Positions 57,201 through 64,000 of a stretch of 64,000 nucleotides of DNA are shown one piece after another. The notes below the pieces were generated by a model. The model was given only the letters and a program-made list of their open reading frames with translations. It was not told the origin of the DNA and made no database searches. The position numbers and the translations under genes are program-made. Source of the DNA: a virus; IMG/VR virus record IMGVR_UViG_3300028394_000001, positions 96,001 to 160,000 of that record; one strand, given 5' to 3'. The stretch's first letter is position 1, and each line of letters begins with the position of its first letter.

Positions 57201-59413
57201 TGGCTAATACTGGCACATCAGTAACAGCTAACAGCTTAACAGTATACACTTTCTCAAATGCAACAGCATCTTCTTCAAACACAACTGGTGCTGTTGTTAT
57301 TGCAGGCGGTCTTGGTGTAAGTGGCAGTGTGTATTCTGGTAATGTTGTTATTAGAGGTACTGGCAATGGTATCACCTTTACTGATGGTTCAGTTCAATTT
57401 ACGGCAGGTTCACCTGCAGCATCCGTATATGCTAATGCCGCTTTTGCTGCAGCTAATACAGGTACTTTAAATGCAGCATCAGCCAGTTCATATGCTAATT
57501 CAGGTTACCGTGATGCAAATTCAGCCAGTACCTATGCCAACTCTGCATTTGCTGGAGCTAATACAAGTACTCTAAATGCGGCTTCTGCTAGTTCTTATGC
57601 TAATTCAGGATACCGTGATGCCAATTCAGCTAGTTCATATGCTAACTCTGCTTTTGCTGGAGCTAATACAAGTACTCTAAATGCGGCTTCTGCTAGTTCT
57701 TATGCTAACTCTGCATTTGGTATTGCTAATACATCCATTTTAAATGCTGCATCTGCTAGTTCCTATGCTAATGGTGCATTTGCTAGAGCTAATACAACTG
57801 GCCTTTACGCTAATGCTGCGTATGTACAAGCTAATACAGGTACATTAAATGCTGCATCTGCTAGTTCCTATGCTAACTCTGCATATGGTAAAGCAAATAC
57901 TGCACTAACCACTGCGGGTGGTCAAATCATAGGTGATTTGGGTATTACTGGTAGTTTAACTGTTAATGGTCCATTAACTTACATAAATGTTGCAACATAC
58001 CAAACAGTCGATTCTCTAATTGAATTAGCTGCAAACAATTTAGGAGATGTGGTTGATATTGGTTTTTATGGCCAATATGTAAACTCAGGTACAAAATATA
58101 CAGGACTAGTAAGAACAGCTTCGAGTGATTGGACTCTATTCCAAGGAATAACAACGAATCCAACAAGTAATAGCATTGGTGCTATATCGTTTGCAAATTA
58201 TGGAACATTAAACACAAATATTGCTGCAGGACAAATAACCAGTTCACAGGCAATTCCGGTTGCTTCCGGTGGTACTGGCGTCAAAACATCTACAGGATCA
58301 GGTTCAGTTGTATTGAGTGCTTCACCTTCATTAACATCACCTTCATTTACAGGCAACATTGGTGGTGATATTGGATTTAATGGCGTAGGGGTATCTCAGT
58401 GGAATCTTACTCTTGGTAAAACAGTTACAGGTACGAACACGGGTGGTGGTATATTGGCGCAAGGAACCGCCGGTGGTGGTATGACTGGTTGGTATACAAG
58501 TTTCTATAGTAATATAAACACCGCCGCCGGTTTACTTATGGATAACGCTTATCATTTCATAGCCGGAAGTGTAGCTGCAGGTGGTGGAAGTGTTGTATCT
58601 AATACTACGGGTTTATATATTTCCGATTTGTCCACAGGAACAGTATCTAATCACGGTATTAAAGGACTTGTTTCAGCTGGCGCAGGTAAATATAATCTAT
58701 ATCTCTCAGGAACCGCAGACAATTATTTACAAGGCAACGTAGCAATTGGTGGAACAACACCTGCGTCTGCTCCTAAATTGTCTTTATATGGCAGTATGCG
58801 ATTCTTGACTAATCAAGCGCCATCTGCAACTTATACAGGTATTGGTTCTGTTAGAACTGATGAAGTTTCTATATCTACATCAGGCAACGAAAGATTTAGA
58901 ATTACCTCTACCGGCGCAGTATATTTTGGAACAAATGGAAATGGTAGTGGAAGTGTTAATCCTGATAATATATTCCAAAGTGATTTAACGAACACGGTCC
59001 AGAATGCAACTTCAGGTATATTTCATCGAATAAACGGAGCAGATAGGCTCGTTACAGCTAATGCAGGTGTAACTGCTACAGGTGTCCTAACAGCTACAGG
59101 TAACGTCGTTGCATTCTCTGACATAAAGCTTAAAACAAATATAACAAATATTGATAATGCATTGCAAAAAACTTTACAATTGCGTGGTGTTTATTACAAC
59201 AAAAAAGACGATATTGAAACGAAAAAGGTCGGTGTAATTGCACAAGAAGTTTTAGAAGTATTGCCTGAAGTTGTAATGTCACATGTGGATCAGACAACGA
59301 AAGAAGAAACACTAACTGTTGACTATGGTAATATAGTAGGATTGTTAATCGAGGCTATTAAAGAATTGAACGAAGAAGTTCAATACTTAAAATCAAAAAT
59401 ACCAAACCAATAA
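54242..59413 (+). CDS. long tail fibre with a C-terminal peptidase S74 intramolecular chaperone
   Basis: NTF..W...TN N-terminus; repeat shaft; FSDIKLK.NI...LRGV...GVIAQEV..VLPEVV...VDYGN.VGLLIEAIKEL. Confidence 0.88.
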   Translation: MANTVNILGYANTFGDWIVATNAGSNEINSIGKYDWTKDSGTLTLNGTGTALTVANNVIVAGQLLVTGTASSATIDNNLTVGKQVYFTNTTQSLVASGSVTANGTVYASNTGTSLAVANNTTIGGSLTVGGVTLISNTLTVTKSTVLQNTLSVGKDTIITGNLNATLETYTNLLVSNTAIRAAVLSVLGTTYTNTLQANTNILTGVIQSNTSVNTATLSVTGTSFTDKLQSNTAVNTATISVTGASFTNTLQANTAVNTATSSVTGASFTNTLQANTAVNTATLSVTNISYTDKLQANAVVNTATSSVTGISYTDKLQSNTAVNTATISVTGASFTNTLQSNTAVNTATSSVTGISHTDRLQANSSVNTATISVTNISHTDRLQANSSVNTATLSVTNISHIDKVQANSVVNTATLSVTNIAYTDKLQANSVVNTATLSVTGVSYTNTLQANTNVLTGVIQSNTAVNTATISVTNISHTDRLQANSSVNTAILSVTNISHIDKVQANSVVNTATLSVTNISFTDKLQANSVVNTATLSVTNIAYTDKLQANSVVNTATLSVVGNTWTNRVQANASVNTATLSVVGNTWTNALQANATVNTVTMSVVGTSYTGYLQSNNTVNTTTISATGNTYTSYLIANNDISVSKLYVTSTLLSATNAVGAFQSLTTSAGLTVGGTFTINGTTVYTTNNFVINANTYTPITSYFSVNRGTANNQPTGIPNANASIRWNESNKYWDILDSNNGIYYSQIMTANMISDSATSTSISTVPTSKISTAIYAHANAAFEQANVAIPASSYANSAYLQANSAYVSQNTTGQYANSAYGVSNSASSYANSAYRGANSASSYANSAFITANNALANVGSMVTSNSSTMYTFANNSASTSNVTGSVVIAGGLGVGGSVYTGNVVIRGSGNGITFVDGSVQFTAGSPAASVYANAGFAQANTGTLNAASASSYANGAFLVANTGTLNAAAGSSYANSAYGVANNALANTGTSVTANSLTVYTFSNATASSSNTTGAVVIAGGLGVSGSVYSGNVVIRGTGNGITFTDGSVQFTAGSPAASVYANAAFAAANTGTLNAASASSYANSGYRDANSASTYANSAFAGANTSTLNAASASSYANSGYRDANSASSYANSAFAGANTSTLNAASASSYANSAFGIANTSILNAASASSYANGAFARANTTGLYANAAYVQANTGTLNAASASSYANSAYGKANTALTTAGGQIIGDLGITGSLTVNGPLTYINVATYQTVDSLIELAANNLGDVVDIGFYGQYVNSGTKYTGLVRTASSDWTLFQGITTNPTSNSIGAISFANYGTLNTNIAAGQITSSQAIPVASGGTGVKTSTGSGSVVLSASPSLTSPSFTGNIGGDIGFNGVGVSQWNLTLGKTVTGTNTGGGILAQGTAGGGMTGWYTSFYSNINTAAGLLMDNAYHFIAGSVAAGGGSVVSNTTGLYISDLSTGTVSNHGIKGLVSAGAGKYNLYLSGTADNYLQGNVAIGGTTPASAPKLSLYGSMRFLTNQAPSATYTGIGSVRTDEVSISTSGNERFRITSTGAVYFGTNGNGSGSVNPDNIFQSDLTNTVQNATSGIFHRINGADRLVTANAGVTATGVLTATGNVVAFSDIKLKTNITNIDNALQKTLQLRGVYYNKKDDIETKKVGVIAQEVLEVLPEVVMSHVDQTTKEETLTVDYGNIVGLLIEAIKELNEEVQYLKSKIPNQ
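54790..56130 (+). repeat. ~20 tandem 66-bp (22-aa) coding repeats LQANSVVNTATLSVTNISYTDK
   Basis: Directly visible in protein and DNA; boundaries approximate. Confidence 0.85.
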
Positions 59414-59453
59414 ACATAAATATGGTTAACGAATCAAATAAAAGGTACACAAA

Positions 59454-59822
59454 ATGGCCGCAGGATATTCAGACCAATACATGGAACAAGGGTCATCCTT
59501 TAATGCCCGTCTGGCGTTAACAGATGATTCTGGAGTTCCATATGACTTAACAACCTTCACTATAAATTCCAGAGCAAAGAAATCTTACACAACAGCTAAT
59601 GTTGCTTTCACTTTTACTGCACAAATCAGTACGGAAGAAGAAGGTGTAATATTCCTCTCGTTGCCTGCAGCAAATACTGCAAATGTACCTTATGGAAAAT
59701 ACGTCTACGATGTAAATATTAAAGATTCAGTAACTAATTTGGTAACTCGCGTATTGGAAGGACAAATATATGTTTCTCCTGGTGTGACCGGAGTAATTAA
59801 TTCCAATGGTCCTAACGCATAA
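59454..59822 (+). CDS. virion structural/adaptor protein
   Basis: EQG..F...L.D....DLT...G.YVYDV.......RVLEG...V.PGVT motif. Confidence 0.75.
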   Translation: MAAGYSDQYMEQGSSFNARLALTDDSGVPYDLTTFTINSRAKKSYTTANVAFTFTAQISTEEEGVIFLSLPAANTANVPYGKYVYDVNIKDSVTNLVTRVLEGQIYVSPGVTGVINSNGPNA

Positions 59823-62800
59823 TGGCAACTATAGTAAATCCAGTAAATCAGATTAGTGTACGAGTTGGTCCAGGTTCTCCTGCGGCCGTGCAATCAATTA
59901 CGCAATTCACAGGACCAACTCAAACGTCCAATATTGCAAATCTGCAAATTCAAATTACCACTAATGAAGTGGTTGCCAGAGTTTCTTCAAATACGGTGGG
60001 GATGTTCGCTAATGCGGCCTTCAGATTAGCAAATACAATTGCGAATGGAGGTGTTGATGTATTTGCAAGAGAAAATTCAAACAATGCATTATCCGCAGTA
60101 ATAACAACTGGATCATACGCCAATTCAGCTTTTGCTTTAGCTAATTCATTGATAGTATCTGTAACAGATACAGAAGCTAGAGCGAACGCAAATCTTGCTT
60201 TTGCTCGAGCAAATGCTTCATACAATCTAGCTAATATTGTATTTGCACAAGCTAATACTGCATACACACAGGCTAATGCTGCGTTTGCACAAGCTAACAA
60301 TGTAATACCAGCAGCTTCTTATGCCAACGGTGCTTTCGCTAGGTCCAATACAGCATTCAATTTAGCTGGTACTAAATTGAGTAAAAATGGCGATACAATG
60401 CTTGGTGATTTGGTTATAACTGGTAATATTATTCCATCAACAGCCAATACTTATTTCTTGGGATCTAAATTAAAACCATTCAAATCATTGTTTGTTGGTC
60501 CAGGGTCTGTTGACATTGACGGTATTATTTTGAGTAATTCAGGTGGTAGTTTGATTATTACCTCAAACACAGGTGATTCTATTGACCTTACTTCGAGTGC
60601 CAATGGTTCCTTTTTACAAGCTAACGCAGCTTATGATTCACAAAATACAACTGGAGTATATGCGAATGCCGCGTATCTACATGCTAATTCGGCATATGTA
60701 TCGCAGAATTCAACCGGTCAATATGCTAACTCAGCATACATTCACGCCAATTCTTCTTATGTGTCTCAGAATTCAACGGGTCAATACACTAACTCAGCTT
60801 ATATTCATGCCAATTCAGCATATGTGTCACAGAATTCATCCGGTAATTATGCAAACTCAGCTTATTTTCAGGCCAACACAGCTTATGAATCACAGAATAC
60901 AACAGGTCAATATGCAAATACAGCATTTACTAAGGCCAATTCGGCATATGTATCACAGAATACAACAGGTGTATATGCAAATACAGCACATATTCACGCC
61001 AATGCATCTTACATAGCACAGAATACAACAGGCATATATGCAAACACAGCATTTACTCAGGCCAATGCGGCTTTCGCAGCAGCTAATGGAGGTGCTAGTG
61101 TAATTGTTGCAGGATCATATGCAAACTCAGCTTATCTGCAAGCGAATGCATCTTTTATTCGTGCAAATAATTCACTGAATGTACAAACAGGTGGTACAAT
61201 TACAGGTGACATAACAGTTACTGGAAATTTGTTCATCAATGGCACAACAACAACAGTTAACACAACGGTTGTGCAAACAACAGATTCATTAATTAAATTA
61301 GCAAACAATAATGTCCTTAGTGATACCTTGGACATAGGTTTTTATGGTAGTTCATTGACAGCTGGATCAGCTGTACCAACTTATCATGGATTAGTTCGCC
61401 AAGCTGGTTCCAATAATTTCTTGTTGTTTAGGGATATAACACAGGACCCATCATCGAATATACTTTCTCCTGGATCAGCAACTGTTTCAAATGTTGGAAC
61501 ACTTATAGCAAATGTTGCCGGTTATACAATAACTAGTTATGGTACAGATTTATTAAAGTTTTCAAGTTCATCTTATATTCAAGCTAATGCAGCTTTTGAT
61601 GCAGCTAATTCTGGTAGTGGTGTAGTTGCTGCTGGATCATATGCCAATTCAGCATACGGTGCCGCAAATTCAGCCAGTTCTTATGCCAATTCAGCATATA
61701 CACATGCCAATTCGGCTTATGTATCACAGAATACAACAGGTCAATATGCCAATTCATCATATACACATGCCAATTCAGCGTACGGTGCGGCTAACTTAGT
61801 TGGTTCATATGCCAATTCAGCTTACATACAAGCCAATTCAGCATACGACACCGCGAACTCAGCAGGTTCATATGCAAACTCAGGTTACATACAAGCTAAT
61901 TCAGCATACGGCGCAGCTAACTTAGTTGGTTCATATGCCAATTCAGCTTACGGTACTGCAAATTCAGCAGGTTCATATGCTAACTCAGCTTACATACAAG
62001 CCAATTCGGCCTATGTATCACAGAATTCAACCGGTCAATATGCTAACTCAGCATACGGTACTGCAAATTCAGCCAGTTCATATGCCAATGGTTCTTTCAT
62101 AACAGCAAACACATCTAGTTTATATGCAAACTCAGCATATGTTCACGCCAATTCATCATATGATAGTGCCAATTCAGCCAGTTCCTATGCTAATGGTGCA
62201 TTTACTGGATCTAATACGGCAAGTTCCTATGCTAATGGTGCTTTTGCTGGTGCTAATACAGGTATTTTAAATGCTGCTTCAGCTAGTTCCTATGCTAATT
62301 CAGGTTACCGTGATGCTAATTCAGCTAGTTCTTATGCAAATTCGGCATATTTTCACACTAATTCAGCTTTTATTATAGCAAATTCAGCCAGTTCATATGC
62401 CAATGGTGCATTCACTGTAGCCAATACAGCCAGTTCTTATTCTAATAGTGCTTTTGTTCAAGCAAATGCAGCGTTCGAAATGGCTAACACATCGGCTAAT
62501 ACTACGGCGTCCGTAGCCTCCGTTGCTTCATATGCTAATGGTGCATTTGGTGCTGCGAATAATGCTAGTTCTTATGCCAATGGTGCTTTCGTATTAGCAT
62601 TTTCAGCTTTATCTGTTGGCAATTCAGCGAGTATTTATGCTAATGCTGCTTTCGATGCAACAAATACATCCAGTTCCAATGCAGCATCAGCTAGCTTTTA
62701 TTCTAATACTGCTTACATACAAGCCAATGCAGCATATAGCACAGCCAACTCAGCTAGTTCTTATGCCAATGGTGCATTTGCTGGTGCTAATACGGCCAGT

Positions 62801-64000
62801 TCTTATGCTAACTCCGCTAGTTACTATGCAAACTCCGCTTATGTACATGCCAATGCGGCTTTCGCAGCAGCTAATGCAGGTGTTGGTGTAATTATTGCAG
62901 GATCATATGCTAACTCAGCTTACATACAAGCCAATGCATCTTATGGTGCAGTTAACTCAGTAAGTTCATATGCTAATAGTGCTTTTGCTGGTGCTAATGT
63001 ATCCAGTTTGTATGCAAACTCAGCCTACATTAATTCAAACACCAAAGTAAGTAAATCCGGTGATACAATGATTGGATCATTGATACTTTCTGGTGTGGGT
63101 AGTGATGTAAAATTTACTGGTGGTGCTGCATTAGTAGGAAATGAAGCTAACAATTTAATAAAAATTACAGCAAATGCCAATAATGATATAACTGGTGTTG
63201 CTGCTCAGAGCGGTGATGGAGGCCTTGCACAAGTATATTCCAATGGTCGTGTAGAGATAATTACAGATACGGGTGCGGCAGGTGCTCTTTGGACTTTTGC
63301 TAAAGATGGTTCATTAACATTACCGGGAATAATAGGACAAGTTGGACGTAGTGGTTATACTAACGGATTAGATTTATATAATGGTGAAGCTGGTGTTGGG
63401 TATGTACGATTAAACAATGCCGACCAATCTTTTGTATGGGTTGATCCATCTGGCGCACATATTCAAACTACCGGCGGTACATGGAACTTTGATGCAAATG
63501 GCAATATAACATTCCCAGATAGTACAATACAAGCTACCGGTTTTAGAGGTTATGGTATTGATAATGTTGCACGTTATTCAGCAAACTCATCAGGTTCATA
63601 TGCTAATGGTGCTTTTGCTGCATCGAATACGGCTAGTTCATATGCCAATTCATCGTATGTTCAAGCTAATGCAGCATATGGTACTGCAAATTCAGCAAGT
63701 TCATATGCTAATGGTGCTTTTGCTGCATCGAATACGGCTAGTTCCAATGCATCTTCAGCAAGTTCATATGCTAATGGTGCATTTGAAGCTGCAAATACTG
63801 GTTCTGGTGTAGCATCAGCTGGTTCTTTTGCCAACTCAGCTTATGGTGTAGCTAATTCATCCAGTTCATATGCTAATGGTGCTTATGTTACTGCCAATTC
63901 ATCTAGTTCATATGCAAATGGTGCTTTTGCACAATCTAATTTATCTTTCAATTCGGCTAATAGTGCTTCTAATTATGCTAATGCATCTTTCATTCGGGCA
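59822..64000 (+). CDS. giant A/N/S-rich tail fibre (3' end truncated by the window; absent from the ORF track)
   Basis: ATG at 59822 overlapping the upstream TAA; MATIVNPVNQISVRVGPG...; numerous (A/S)SYANSA(F/Y)xxAN repeats and K.GDTM.G.L / GGTITGD motifs. Confidence 0.85.
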   Translation, partial: MATIVNPVNQISVRVGPGSPAAVQSITQFTGPTQTSNIANLQIQITTNEVVARVSSNTVGMFANAAFRLANTIANGGVDVFARENSNNALSAVITTGSYANSAFALANSLIVSVTDTEARANANLAFARANASYNLANIVFAQANTAYTQANAAFAQANNVIPAASYANGAFARSNTAFNLAGTKLSKNGDTMLGDLVITGNIIPSTANTYFLGSKLKPFKSLFVGPGSVDIDGIILSNSGGSLIITSNTGDSIDLTSSANGSFLQANAAYDSQNTTGVYANAAYLHANSAYVSQNSTGQYANSAYIHANSSYVSQNSTGQYTNSAYIHANSAYVSQNSSGNYANSAYFQANTAYESQNTTGQYANTAFTKANSAYVSQNTTGVYANTAHIHANASYIAQNTTGIYANTAFTQANAAFAAANGGASVIVAGSYANSAYLQANASFIRANNSLNVQTGGTITGDITVTGNLFINGTTTTVNTTVVQTTDSLIKLANNNVLSDTLDIGFYGSSLTAGSAVPTYHGLVRQAGSNNFLLFRDITQDPSSNILSPGSATVSNVGTLIANVAGYTITSYGTDLLKFSSSSYIQANAAFDAANSGSGVVAAGSYANSAYGAANSASSYANSAYTHANSAYVSQNTTGQYANSSYTHANSAYGAANLVGSYANSAYIQANSAYDTANSAGSYANSGYIQANSAYGAANLVGSYANSAYGTANSAGSYANSAYIQANSAYVSQNSTGQYANSAYGTANSASSYANGSFITANTSSLYANSAYVHANSSYDSANSASSYANGAFTGSNTASSYANGAFAGANTGILNAASASSYANSGYRDANSASSYANSAYFHTNSAFIIANSASSYANGAFTVANTASSYSNSAFVQANAAFEMANTSANTTASVASVASYANGAFGAANNASSYANGAFVLAFSALSVGNSASIYANAAFDATNTSSSNAASASFYSNTAYIQANAAYSTANSASSYANGAFAGANTASSYANSASYYANSAYVHANAAFAAANAGVGVIIAGSYANSAYIQANASYGAVNSVSSYANSAFAGANVSSLYANSAYINSNTKVSKSGDTMIGSLILSGVGSDVKFTGGAALVGNEANNLIKITANANNDITGVAAQSGDGGLAQVYSNGRVEIITDTGAAGALWTFAKDGSLTLPGIIGQVGRSGYTNGLDLYNGEAGVGYVRLNNADQSFVWVDPSGAHIQTTGGTWNFDANGNITFPDSTIQATGFRGYGIDNVARYSANSSGSYANGAFAASNTASSYANSSYVQANAAYGTANSASSYANGAFAASNTASSNASSASSYANGAFEAANTGSGVASAGSFANSAYGVANSSSSYANGAYVTANSSSSYANGAFAQSNLSFNSANSASNYANASFIRA

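Noticed and set aside
60573-63812. MLxxx/IQ-rich short ORFs listed in the track
   Set aside because: Off-frame shadows of the YANSA repeats in the giant fibre ORF starting at 59822
54790-64000. CRISPR array or DGR template/variable repeats
   Set aside because: Repeats are in-frame coding units with synonymous variation, no unique spacers and no adenine-specific pattern; there is no reverse transcriptase in the window
1-64000. Stop-codon reassignment
   Set aside because: Core genes are full length in code 11; the gp5 split uses TAA/TGA stops with separate SDs; no suppressor tRNA seen

Overview
This 64 kb window comes from a T4-like (Tevenvirinae/Kyanoviridae-style) myophage genome and uses the standard genetic code. 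The host is probably a Gram-negative aquatic proteobacterium (inferred). Layout: (1) 0-14 kb holds small early/accessory genes behind sigma70-type promoters, including a metallophosphoesterase, AAA ATPases, MazG-like and DenV-like genes, and phoH. (2) 14.8-21.2 kb is a peptide/protein-modification island: a 133-aa protein whose C-terminal 67 residues carry 16 Cys (13 as Asn-Cys), a radical SAM/SPASM enzyme, four 2OG-Fe(II) oxygenases, a flavin-dependent Trp-halogenase and an orphan. (3) 21.9-22.4 kb is an RNA locus: two unexplained ~93-nt multibranch RNAs and a circularly permuted (two-piece) tmRNA whose intervening segment encodes an SD-led 23-aa amphipathic peptide. (4) An OMP beta-barrel, a SleB-like hydrolase, gp33, gp59 and gp32 follow. 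(5) A minus-strand tail block (gp4, gp2, gp54, gp26/gp51 joined by a -1 slippery site, two paralogous tape-measure-like proteins). (6) A plus-strand baseplate/fibre block (gp48, 53, 27-like, split gp5, 25, 6, 7, 8, a VrlC-like protein and two giant repeat-rich fibres, the last truncated by the window). The best candidate for a new system is the RiPP-like island, which may post-translationally build a Cys-crosslinked, hydroxylated or halogenated virion adhesin. The peptide-encoding permuted tmRNA locus is a close second. All family assignments come from motif recognition, not database searches.
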